From positions 1 through 42,700 of IMG/VR virus record IMGVR_UViG_3300042191_000151: a DNA stretch of 42,700 bases. One strand, written 5' to 3'. The DNA comes from a virus. Lineage: Duplodnaviria; Caudoviricetes. Shown here in pieces: positions 17,301 to 25,232 of the stretch (position 1 is its first letter; the number at the start of each line of letters is the position of its first letter). The notes beneath the pieces were generated by a model. It worked only from the letters and a program-made list of their open reading frames with translations. It ran no database searches and had not been told where the DNA came from. The position numbers were made by a program, and so were the translations under genes.

Positions 17301-17593
17301 CGGAACAGCCTCAGCCAGTAGAGCGGCGGGACGACGGCGGCGGTGAACATGACGCCCCGCGTCAGGACCTTCGTCGCATCGAAGGGCACGATCGGCGGCA
17401 CGAGGTCGTTGTTGACGAAGATCAGCGCGAACACCGTGACGACGACCGCCACGGCGACCGCCACGATGAGCCGGTCGCGGATCACCGGGTTCGGGTCGGT
17501 CCGGTACAGCCGCCACGACATGAGCACGACGAGCCAGTTGAGCGGCGCGGCGATCAACAGCGTGGCGAGGGCGAGCAGCGATGTCAGGCTCAC
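17297..17593 (-). CDS. 3-TM membrane protein
   Basis: Three hydrophobic segments. Confidence 0.7.
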   Translation of the reverse strand: MSLTSLLALATLLIAAPLNWLVVLMSWRLYRTDPNPVIRDRLIVAVAVAVVVTVFALIFVNNDLVPPIVPFDATKVLTRGVMFTAAVVPPLYWLRLFR

Positions 17594-17745
17594 AGGCGGC
17601 GCTTCCGCAGCGCATCGGCGGCGCGGTACGCCTCGACGACGCGCAGGAGCCGGTCGGCCCGCCGGATCGTGGCGTCGTGCCGGGCCTTCGTGGGGTCGGC
17701 AACCGGCGGCTTGGGACGCAGCATCCTACGCAGCCACTCGATCAT
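17590..17745 (-). CDS. Small basic protein, 51 aa (not in the ORF track)
   Basis: MIEWLRRMLRPKPP...LRKRRL; ATGA/GTGA overlaps at both ends. Confidence 0.55.
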   Translation of the reverse strand: MIEWLRRMLRPKPPVADPTKARHDATIRRADRLLRVVEAYRAADALRKRRL

Positions 17746-17951
17746 GTCGGTGGCCGGATCTTGAGCGCGAGCTCGAAGGCGTCGGCCAATCGATCCGTCC
17801 GGGTGTCCGAGTCGAGCGACCGTTGGCGCCAGATGTTGCGCTCACTCTTGAGCTCCTCGATGTACTCGCGGAGGATGCGGGCCAGGAACCCGATGGTGAC
17901 GATCGCGCCAGCCAGCGCGGCGAGCGGCCCGAGGAGGGCATCGGTAGGCAC
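17742..17951 (-). CDS. Small membrane-anchored coiled-coil protein, first late gene
   Basis: N-terminal TM helix followed by a coiled coil. Confidence 0.6.
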   Translation of the reverse strand: MPTDALLGPLAALAGAIVTIGFLARILREYIEELKSERNIWRQRSLDSDTRTDRLADAFELALKIRPPT

Positions 17952-17967
17952 ATCACGCCCGGAGGAG

Positions 17968-18003
17968 CTGGTGCCGGCCCCGATCGGTAAGGGCCGGCAC
18001 CAG
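17968..18003. other. 13-bp perfect hairpin in the late leader
   Basis: ctggtgccggccc-N10-gggccggcaccag; no U-tract. Confidence 0.75.
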
Positions 18004-18031
18004 GCCGAGGAGGAGAGGAACCACGACTCTG

Positions 18032-18080
18032 ACGGTAGCTGCGGAGAGGGTCCGTTGACTAGGTCGCAGGATTGCTAGGC
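18032..18080 (-). promoter_or_regulatory. Candidate main late promoter (22-bp box at 18059-18080 plus -10-like TACCGT)
   Basis: Same box and same 21-nt spacing as at 8111-8159; faces the lysis/packaging operon. Confidence 0.65.
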
Positions 18081-18305
18081 GAACGCCCGATCGATTGATC
18101 GGGGCCGGCGGCGACGAAAGCGGGCGAGCAGCTGGGCCGTCGTCTGGCTTTCGGTGCGCCGGCGGGCTGCGGCGATGTGGCTGTGGACGGTCCAGCGGCT
18201 GATGCCCAGGCGCCCGGCGATCTCCTTGGGCACGTAGCCGTCGGCGAGCAGCAGGACTACCTCGAGCTCCCGGCCGGACAGCACCGCGCGCGGCCTGCGG
18301 GTCAC
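18075..18305 (-). CDS. LuxR-family HTH protein, candidate late activator
   Basis: LSGRELEVVLLLADGYVPKEIAGRLGISRWTVHSH. Confidence 0.88.
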   Translation of the reverse strand: MTRRPRAVLSGRELEVVLLLADGYVPKEIAGRLGISRWTVHSHIAAARRRTESQTTAQLLARFRRRRPRSIDRAFA

Positions 18306-18691
18306 TCAGCCGCCCGTCGGACGATCTTCGCGATGCGATCGAGCTCGGTCTGGTTCGGCACGCGGATGTCGCCGGCGGGCGCGCTGACGGTCGCGCCATT
18401 GGCGAGCAGCCAGGCGGCGAGCGACAGGGACTCAGGCTGCGGCAGGACGTCGCCCTCGATGTCGGCCCAGACGCTGTCGAGCTTCCCGCACCGGCCGCAG
18501 TTGCGATCGAAGTGGACCTTCGGGATGACGATGCCCGCGCCGACGAGCGCAGGGCGCATCACCCAGGCCGGGGCGAGGACGTGGCCACGAGCGAGGCAGA
18601 TCGCTTCCTTGGCCGTCTGGCGTGCGCCGCTCTTACGCGCCAGGCGCTTGATCGGGGCGGCGGCGGCGCGGCGCTGATGTCGGTTGCTCAT
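18302..18691 (-). CDS. Hypothetical protein (C...GH, CGRCG zinc-binding motif)
   Basis: Coupled ORF. Confidence 0.55.
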   Translation of the reverse strand: MSNRHQRRAAAAPIKRLARKSGARQTAKEAICLARGHVLAPAWVMRPALVGAGIVIPKVHFDRNCGRCGKLDSVWADIEGDVLPQPESLSLAAWLLANGATVSAPAGDIRVPNQTELDRIAKIVRRAAE

Positions 18692-20235
18692 GCTGATCTG
18701 CTCGCCTTCAGCCAGTCCTCACGGCCCTCGATCCGGATCCGCTGGGTCGTTGTGGCTCGCGCGCTGCCGGCTCCCGCCGGGCGCGCTCCAACCACAGTCG
18801 GCAGCAGCAGCGGCAGGCCCAGGCGCTGGGCCTCCTCGGTCAGCGCGACCGAGTGCACCCTGCCGTTGACGACCGTGATCCGGCGGTAGATCGCCCGGGC
18901 GACCACGGCGCGCGCCGCGACGCCGGCCGTCGCCCAGGTCGAGCGGATGTCCCGGAGCCGGCGGACGATCTCATCGACGTCGTCGATCGGCGCCTGCGGC
19001 GCGGGGACGGCGAGGGCGTCGATCTCGGCCCCGATCCGGGCGTGCTCGGCGAGGTACGCCTCGGTCGTCAGGTCCCGCCTGGCGTGGGCCGCGGCCTTGG
19101 CCCGGAGCTCGCGGTCGAGCTGGGCCCGCCGGAGATCGGTGTCCGGCGGCTTCGGCCGGCCCGCGAGCTTGCGGATCCGGACCAGCGCCGCGGCGTCGAG
19201 GCGGATGCCCGCGACCTGCTCGCCGATCGGGTCGTCGAGGCGATGCGCGACGACGCTCTCGTGGCTCCACAGCGGGCAGTCCTGGTGCATGTAGCGAAGC
19301 ACGAGCTTGCCGTTGCGCTGGCGGCTCGTGTCGGCCCGGACGGCGCGGCCGCAGGCGCACCAGACGAGCTTCGCCAGGAGATGATCGTGCCTCGCCCGAT
19401 GCAGGCCGCCGACCTTGGCGCGCATCGAGCGGACCTCGACGACACGGGCCCAGAGCTCGTCGCTGACCGGCGGACTCGAGCGCCACGGCGCAGCGACCTG
19501 GGCGGCCGACGCCGAGCGTCGATGGCGGACGGCCCAGCCGTTGTACAGCGGGTTCGTGAGCACGGCGCGGGCCTTGCCCTCGTCCATGCCCGCCCAGGCC
19601 CCGAGCTCGCGGTAGCTCAGGTCACCGAGCGCGTATCGCTCGAAGAGGGCGACGGCCTCGGGCATCGTCGCGACGTCGATCGCCAGGCGGGCCTCGGGCT
19701 GGGGCGTGCGCATGAACCCCAGGCCGGGCGAGCCCGCCTGGTCGCCGTACCGCTCGAACTTCGCGGCGAGGGTCTTCGTGATCGTCCTCGACAGGCGGAC
19801 CGACATGATCTCGGCGGCCGTCGCCTCTTGCAGGAAGCGCTCATGGCTGTCGGCGTCGGAGCTCAGGAACTCCTCGTCGCAGAACCACAGGGCGACGCGG
19901 GCGGCGTGGAGCTCGCGGCGCACCCGGAGCGCGACCTCGGTGTCGCGACTCCAGCGGGAGAAGTAGGCGACGACCAGGACGTCGTACTCGCCGGCGATCG
20001 CCGCGGCGGTGAGCTCGCGGAGCGCCGGCCGCTCGTCCGATCTCGACCATGCCGATTGCTCGTCGACGAACGGCGTCCCCGTCTCGAGGAGGCCGAGGCG
20101 GCGGACGGCGAGGTCGAGCTCCTGGTGCTGCCGCTCGGGCCCGTACTTTTCGGCCTGCTCCTTGCTCGAGACGCGGACGTAGCGCCGGGCTCGCAGGCCT
20201 CGGAGATGGTCGATCGACGCGGGTAGTTGCCTCAC
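18688..20235 (-). CDS. Large serine recombinase (integrase)
   Basis: YVRVSSKEQ catalytic motif, RPAL, SRWSRD, recombinase domain (LTNPLYNG, SDELWARV), CACG zinc ribbon. Confidence 0.9.
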   Translation of the reverse strand: MRQLPASIDHLRGLRARRYVRVSSKEQAEKYGPERQHQELDLAVRRLGLLETGTPFVDEQSAWSRSDERPALRELTAAAIAGEYDVLVVAYFSRWSRDTEVALRVRRELHAARVALWFCDEEFLSSDADSHERFLQEATAAEIMSVRLSRTITKTLAAKFERYGDQAGSPGLGFMRTPQPEARLAIDVATMPEAVALFERYALGDLSYRELGAWAGMDEGKARAVLTNPLYNGWAVRHRRSASAAQVAAPWRSSPPVSDELWARVVEVRSMRAKVGGLHRARHDHLLAKLVWCACGRAVRADTSRQRNGKLVLRYMHQDCPLWSHESVVAHRLDDPIGEQVAGIRLDAAALVRIRKLAGRPKPPDTDLRRAQLDRELRAKAAAHARRDLTTEAYLAEHARIGAEIDALAVPAPQAPIDDVDEIVRRLRDIRSTWATAGVAARAVVARAIYRRITVVNGRVHSVALTEEAQRLGLPLLLPTVVGARPAGAGSARATTTQRIRIEGREDWLKASRSA

Positions 20236-20453
20236 GCCGGCCGATCCCCCCTCAGGCGGGCGAGTCGTGGCTGGTGACGATCATGCAGTTGGCGGCGAAC
20301 AAGACCGCGATGCTCCTCGCACGCCGCTGCCTCCTGGATGTCCGGCTTTCCCGCCGGACGGGCCAAGGCATCGTCCGGGAGGACCGTCGGCACATCAGGC
20401 CCGACCGGGACGCGATCGCCGTCGCGCCCGCAGCCCGGATAGCTGCACTTCAC
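20232..20453 (-). CDS. Hypothetical protein
   Basis: Coupled ORF; CSYPGC...CEEH. Confidence 0.5.
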   Translation of the reverse strand: MKCSYPGCGRDGDRVPVGPDVPTVLPDDALARPAGKPDIQEAAACEEHRGLVRRQLHDRHQPRLARLRGDRPA

Positions 20454-20587
20454 GCTGCGTCCTTCCTCCTGTCGCCCTGGACGACGGTGAGTTTGGCACG
20501 GCGCTCGCGGTCCGCGCGCATCGCCGAGCGGGCGAGCTCGATGAGCGCCTCGAGGAGAGCATCGTTCCGCGCGGATACGTCAGCCAC
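20450..20587 (-). CDS. Small helical protein, 45 aa (not in the ORF track)
   Basis: MADVSARNDALLEALIELARSAMRADRERRAKLTVVQGDRRKDAA fills the gap. Confidence 0.5.
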   Translation of the reverse strand: MADVSARNDALLEALIELARSAMRADRERRAKLTVVQGDRRKDAA

Positions 20588-20789
20588 CGCGCGGCCCCGC
20601 CCAGCGGTCAACCTCGACGAGCACGAGCGTCCAGCCCATCGCGAGCAGGAAGCAGCCCGCGTAGCCGAGGGTCGCGGCGAAGATCATCACGCCGAGCGTC
20701 GCGAAGAAGAGGGCGCCGAACAGCGCGGCGCGCTCGCCCTGGCTGAGGCGACGGGGCGGCGGGTGCAGGCGGGCGAAGCGGGAGATCAT
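20580..20789 (-). CDS. Small membrane protein
   Basis: Two hydrophobic segments. Confidence 0.55.
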   Translation of the reverse strand: MISRFARLHPPPRRLSQGERAALFGALFFATLGVMIFAATLGYAGCFLLAMGWTLVLVEVDRWAGPRGG

Positions 20790-21142
20790 CGTGCGTCCCA
20801 GGCGTGCGGGCCGTCATGGCCGATGGGATCGCAGCACACCACGCTCCCGTCGGCGTTGGGCACCAGATCGCTCAGCACCCTGCCCCAGGCAAGCCGGCCG
20901 CGGTGCTGACACCCCCCGCGCTCGCCCACGAAACCCGAGTGCGCGCCGCAGTAGTACCGGCCGCAGCCGGGCGCGTCATCGAACGGACCGTGCGGGCTGT
21001 CGCCGCAGAGGTAGCCCAGTCCGCGGTCGATCTCGACGTCGCAACCCCGGGCATCGCACGTGGCCAGTACCAGGTAGCCCGCTGGTCGCTCGGGCGTACC
21101 CAGCGGGCCCCAGCCCACGACGGTGTAGTAGCCGTAGCCCAT
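20786..21142 (-). CDS. Cys/Gly-rich phage protein
   Basis: CDARGC..IDRGLGYLCG..GCGRYYCGAH. Confidence 0.65.
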   Translation of the reverse strand: MGYGYYTVVGWGPLGTPERPAGYLVLATCDARGCDVEIDRGLGYLCGDSPHGPFDDAPGCGRYYCGAHSGFVGERGGCQHRGRLAWGRVLSDLVPNADGSVVCCDPIGHDGPHAWDAR

Positions 21143-21438
21143 CAGAGACCGCCCCACGGCTCGCTGAACCCGCCGCCCGGCTCGTCGTCGGACGATCGCA
21201 CCACGTCGCGCAGCCCGAACGTGTACGCCTCACGCTTCGGGTCCCATCCGAGGGAGCCGATCGTCCCGCGGGTCCACTCCCCGTGCGACCAGCGAATCTC
21301 GATCGGGCCACCGAGCTCGACGCTCGGCGTGAGCTCGTCGCGGTGTCCCTGCCACCAGAACGCCAGGCGGACCGCGATCGCGTAGGCCAGGACGGCGCCG
21401 GCGGCGAGCCAGCCGAGCAGGGCGAGGCGGCGGGTCAT
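21142..21438 (-). CDS. Hypothetical protein with an N-terminal TM helix
   Basis: Coupled ORF. Confidence 0.5.
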   Translation of the reverse strand: MTRRLALLGWLAAGAVLAYAIAVRLAFWWQGHRDELTPSVELGGPIEIRWSHGEWTRGTIGSLGWDPKREAYTFGLRDVVRSSDDEPGGGFSEPWGGL

Positions 21439-21671
21439 GCCTCGACCCGCCACAGCGACTCGACCGCGACGACCTCGTAGTGCCCGTCATCGCCGATGAC
21501 GACCGCCCGCGTGGCTGGGCTCGTGTGCTCTCCGGTCAGGCCGTACTTGTCATGGGTCGGGATGCCGCCAGGGAGAACGACGAACGCCACGATCTCGACT
21601 GTCTCCGCGTGCTCGCGGGCCGGGCTGTAGTCATGGGTCGTCCAGCGTCGCTCGACCTTGAACCGGCTCAC
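21435..21671 (-). CDS. Hypothetical protein
   Basis: GTGA/ATGA overlaps. Confidence 0.5.
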   Translation of the reverse strand: MSRFKVERRWTTHDYSPAREHAETVEIVAFVVLPGGIPTHDKYGLTGEHTSPATRAVVIGDDGHYEVVAVESLWRVEA

Positions 21672-22084
21672 TTGCCGCCCGCCGCGAGCATGAGCGGGAG
21701 CTTCTCGCCCAGGACCGCCTGACCGAGCGTCGTGCCGTCCCGGAGCAGCAGGTACGGCAGGAGCTCGACCTCGGCCGTGGAATCGCCCGACTCGGCGAAC
21801 TCCAGCCGCATCTTGAGCATCATCGCGTTCGCCCGCCAGCGCCGCTGCCACTCGCGGTCGAGCAGGGTCTTCTGGTCGATCCGGGGGTTGTACGACACGT
21901 CCTCGGAGGTCGGGCGGACGATCTCCATGCGGTAGCTCTTGCCGGTGATCTCGAAGAACAGGAGGTCGGCGTCGTCCTGCATGTCCCAGCCGAACTTCTT
22001 GACCCCGAACCGACCGAGCGTGCCGACCATCTCGGCGCGCGACTTCTCGACTGGGACGGTCGTGCCCTCGGCGTAGCGGCTCAC
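21668..22084 (-). CDS. Phage hypothetical protein
   Basis: YAEGTTVPVEKSRAE..RQRWR-like segment..KMRLE..LPYLLLRDGTT, a pattern recurring in phage early regions. Confidence 0.7.
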   Translation of the reverse strand: MSRYAEGTTVPVEKSRAEMVGTLGRFGVKKFGWDMQDDADLLFFEITGKSYRMEIVRPTSEDVSYNPRIDQKTLLDREWQRRWRANAMMLKMRLEFAESGDSTAEVELLPYLLLRDGTTLGQAVLGEKLPLMLAAGGK

Positions 22085-22377
22085 GGCTCCACCGGGTAGA
22101 GCTCCCGGACCCTGTCCAGGTCGCTGGCGATGTCGATCGCTCGCCCGAGATTCGGCGCGTGGCCGTCCTCGAGGATCTTCAGCCCGAGCAGGATCCGGCT
22201 GGCGCCCAGGGCGCTGGCGGTGCTCTCATCGAGCTTCGTGATCTCGGCGTCCAGGGCGTCGATATAGTCGAGCAGCGACTGGCGATCAGCGACGGCCTGG
22301 CTGTGCTGGACGACGAGCCCGAGCACGGGCGTCGCCTTCGCCCGACGGCGGATGGCCTTGATCTCCTGCGGTGTCAT
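22081..22377 (-). CDS. Hypothetical protein
   Basis: GGAGGAGGAG RBS. Confidence 0.6.
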   Translation of the reverse strand: MTPQEIKAIRRRAKATPVLGLVVQHSQAVADRQSLLDYIDALDAEITKLDESTASALGASRILLGLKILEDGHAPNLGRAIDIASDLDRVRELYPVEP

Positions 22378-22396
22378 CGTGGCTCCTCCTCCCGCG

Positions 22397-23278
22397 CTAC
22401 AGCGCGCTCACTCTCACGTCGACGCCGGGCTGCTCGCCGGGGTCGGCGGGGTCGAACGACTCCATCGGCTGCCGGCGCTTCGAGCCGTCCTTCAGCCCCG
22501 TCAAGCGGTAGTAGACGAGGCCCCGCCCGGTCGGGCTGCCGGCCATGACCGGGATCGCACCGGCGCTCAGCGCGAGCTCGTAGACCTCGTTCCACTCCTT
22601 CGGCCCCAGAGCCAGCGATCGCTTCGCCTGGATGAACAGCACGGTGCCGGGACGGACTGCCACCAGATCCAGCGGCGACTTCGACGCCGGCGAGCGCAGA
22701 ACGAACCAGCCGAGCTTGCGGAGGTGATCGCGCACCCGGTACTCGACGGCGCGGCCAAGCCGGTAGGCGCTTTGGCGTGGCGCCTTCGACTCGATCACGT
22801 GCTCCCACTCGTCGGGGAAGAATCCTCGAAGCACGTCGCGGAAGCCATCGTCGGACCAGCCCTTCGACGCCAGATACTGGTCGAGCCCGAGACGCGACCG
22901 CTTGAAGTCATCCAGCAGCAGCGCCGCCTGCTCCTCGGTCATGTACTTCCAACGGCCGTACCAGGGCTTCGCCCGGCCCGCATCCGTGAGGCCGAGAGCG
23001 CGTGCCTGGCGGGACAGGAACTGCACGGTCCGGTCCATCCGCTCCGCGAGCGTGGCGACCTTGCCGAGATCGCGGTAGAGCAGGTAGTCGCGGCGGAGGA
23101 TGTCCCGCTCAGCCTCGGTGAAGACGTTGACCGGCCTGTTGGCGCCGAGCTTGATCAGTCGCTCGTGGACGGTCGAGTGGTTCAACCCGACTTCGGCTCC
23201 GACCTTGTGCATTGAGCCAAGGCGGGCGTAGGCCTCGAGCAGGACGTCGTCGGCGACGCGACACGCAGCTGGGCTCAT
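22397..23278 (-). CDS. HTH-fused PD-(D/E)XK nuclease, Hjc-like Holliday junction resolvase
   Basis: G..VEYRVRDHLRKLGWFVLRSPASKSPLDLVAV...FIQAK; N-terminal HTH-like segments. Confidence 0.75.
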   Translation of the reverse strand: MSPAACRVADDVLLEAYARLGSMHKVGAEVGLNHSTVHERLIKLGANRPVNVFTEAERDILRRDYLLYRDLGKVATLAERMDRTVQFLSRQARALGLTDAGRAKPWYGRWKYMTEEQAALLLDDFKRSRLGLDQYLASKGWSDDGFRDVLRGFFPDEWEHVIESKAPRQSAYRLGRAVEYRVRDHLRKLGWFVLRSPASKSPLDLVAVRPGTVLFIQAKRSLALGPKEWNEVYELALSAGAIPVMAGSPTGRGLVYYRLTGLKDGSKRRQPMESFDPADPGEQPGVDVRVSAL

Positions 23279-23340
23279 CGGGTCGAGCCCTGGGGCACGG
23301 GCGTGCCGACCACCGTGAACTCGGCGATCAGGGTGCTCAC
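23275..23340 (-). pseudogene. 5' remnant of a RusA-like resolvase gene
   Basis: MSTLIAEFTVVGTPVPQGSTR* resembles the RusA N-terminal F.V.G.P.PQGS motif. Confidence 0.6.
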
Positions 23341-23888
23341 GATGCGGGCTCCGAGAGGGCGGCGTTCTCGACAGGAGCCGCATAGAAGCCGTGACCGCCA
23401 CAATCCGCGCACGGTTCCTGAACCTGATACGGCTCGCCCGGTTCCCCTGACGGCAGCGGGTCGGCTCCGATCCCGGCGACCCACCCTTGACCGCCGCAGT
23501 TGTCGCATTCGACTGTCAGCGGCTCCGGGGTCGGTACGGACTGGGAAAGAGCCGGGTCATCGCGGATGGCGGTGATGGCGTCGCGCCAGCCGTCGGTGTA
23601 AGCCTTCGTTGCGCGGTACTTCGGGTCGATGGGCTTCGCGTCGATCCCGGCGAGCACCCGGTCCAGAACGTCGCGGAGTTCTGCCCGTAGGTCGGCTCCC
23701 TGGCTGTCGAGGACGGTGAAGTCGCAGGGCCAGACCTGACCGCACGCGACGCACCACGGCATGGAGTAGTGGGCCTCGGGACCAAGCTCGGGCGGCGGCA
23801 TGACCTTGACGTGCCGCGCCCGCATCTCTGCGATCCGCTCTCGGGCTACGAGGTCAGGCTGGGCGGTCGTCGGTGTCAGCGCATCCAC
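23337..23888 (-). CDS. Hypothetical protein with zinc-binding motifs
   Basis: CVACGQVWPC; CDNCGGQG and CADCGGHG (CxxCxGxG). Confidence 0.6.
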   Translation of the reverse strand: MDALTPTTAQPDLVARERIAEMRARHVKVMPPPELGPEAHYSMPWCVACGQVWPCDFTVLDSQGADLRAELRDVLDRVLAGIDAKPIDPKYRATKAYTDGWRDAITAIRDDPALSQSVPTPEPLTVECDNCGGQGWVAGIGADPLPSGEPGEPYQVQEPCADCGGHGFYAAPVENAALSEPAS

Positions 23889-24175
23889 GGCAGGATCTCC
23901 TCTACGGCGCTGGTTGCAACGGGTGCGGGGGCCTCGGCTGGGGGCATGCTTGACGGGTCAGGCATGGGCCTCACCGGCGGCGGCGTGCCGTCGGCCACGG
24001 GCCAGGGCTCGCCGAGGACGACCTCGACGGTGTGCCGGCAGGCGGCGCGATCGACGCAGCGGGGGATGTTCGTCCACCGCTCGTGACCGATCGGCTCGGT
24101 CCACTCGACGATCGCCATGACGCGGTCGCCGGTCTCGGCGCCACACAGCACGCATCCCTCGATCGAGCGGGTCAT
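23876..24175 (-). CDS. Hypothetical protein
   Basis: CVLC...RC.D...C motif. Confidence 0.55.
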   Translation of the reverse strand: MTRSIEGCVLCGAETGDRVMAIVEWTEPIGHERWTNIPRCVDRAACRHTVEVVLGEPWPVADGTPPPVRPMPDPSSMPPAEAPAPVATSAVEEILPWMR

Positions 24176-24305
24176 CGCGACGTCACCGTCCACGATTCCG
24201 CGGAGACGAGGCCGAATCGTTTGAACCCGTTCCCCCGGAAAGACGGCTGCCGTGCGGTCCTACTCCGGCGGCGCCGTCCGAGGATCCGACCCCCATACCC
24301 GGTGG

Positions 24306-25232
24306 TCATGACGTGCCTGCCCGCCGCTCGAGGTCGGCATACATCGCGGCCGCCTCGGCCCGGCCCTCGGGACCCTTGCGCAGCCAGATCGGCAGGTCGT
24401 CTTCGTCCACCTCCTGGATGCCGGCCTCGGCCTTGATCGCCTTCCAGCGAGCGAGCGCATAGCCCACGACATCGGCCGCAGCGGCCTTCTTCGGCGCCTC
24501 ACGGATCCAGCGCACCAGATCGTTCGGCCTCGCCTCGAGGATCTCCCAGAGCATCGCCCGCTGGCTCGTCTCGTCGTCGGCGGCGCCCGACGGCGGATGC
24601 CGGAGGCCTCGCTCCAGCCAGGCGGCCTTGAACTCAGCCCACTCAGGGCCGAACGTCGCCCAGGCGGAGAGCTGCTGCTTCGTCAGAAGGGTCGCTGAGC
24701 GGTTGACCTTCGCGCGCGGCGGGGAATCACCACTAGCAACCCGCTTACCGCTTACGCCACCGCCATCTATGACGCTCTGACGGCCGCCGTCAGACAGGTT
24801 GTATACGGTCTCATCCGTTACAGGTGATTCGGTCCCGACCGTTACATCCGGCGTTACATCGACCGTTACATCCGGCGTTACAGCAGGCGCCTCAGCCGGC
24901 GGCGCGGGCTCGGCCTTCTGGCGGTTCCGGATGCGCTTCACCCGTTCGCCTACCTTCCAATCGCCCTCCTGCCACTCGTCCCAGCCGTCGATGTAGAGCT
25001 GGCCTTTGCGCACCAGCAGGTCGCGGTGCTCGATGAGGTACGGGATCCATTTCGCGAGTGGTCCGAGGAGGCTGCGCAACACGCGCGCGTCACGGAATCG
25101 ACCGCGGGCGGGCTGATGTTCGGCATGGCACAGCGCGCCGATGAGCGCCATCGCGGCCCCCGGCGGGTACTTCTGGTCAATCACCTTGCGGTCGTAGAAG
25201 CCCGGGTCGAGCCGCAGGTAGGCCCTAGACAT
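24306..25232 (-). CDS. Putative replication initiator (lambda O-like architecture)
   Basis: N-terminal YLRLD...IDGWDEWQ...ERVKRIR domain, repeat-bearing linker, C-terminal helical domain. Confidence 0.65.
   Translation of the reverse strand: MSRAYLRLDPGFYDRKVIDQKYPPGAAMALIGALCHAEHQPARGRFRDARVLRSLLGPLAKWIPYLIEHRDLLVRKGQLYIDGWDEWQEGDWKVGERVKRIRNRQKAEPAPPAEAPAVTPDVTVDVTPDVTVGTESPVTDETVYNLSDGGRQSVIDGGGVSGKRVASGDSPPRAKVNRSATLLTKQQLSAWATFGPEWAEFKAAWLERGLRHPPSGAADDETSQRAMLWEILEARPNDLVRWIREAPKKAAAADVVGYALARWKAIKAEAGIQEVDEDDLPIWLRKGPEGRAEAAAMYADLERRAGTS
24816..24887. repeat. Iteron-like CGTTACA repeats, candidate origin
   Basis: CGTTACA at 24816, 24840, 24852, 24864 and 24876 (12-bp phase). Confidence 0.7.

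Noticed and set aside
8138-18080. 22-bp repeats as recombinase excision sites
   Set aside because: Excision would delete essential packaging and lysis genes, and the conserved spacing to -10-like hexamers fits promoters better.
24816-24887. Short repeats as a CRISPR array
   Set aside because: 12-bp period, no spacers, no cas genes, and located inside a CDS.
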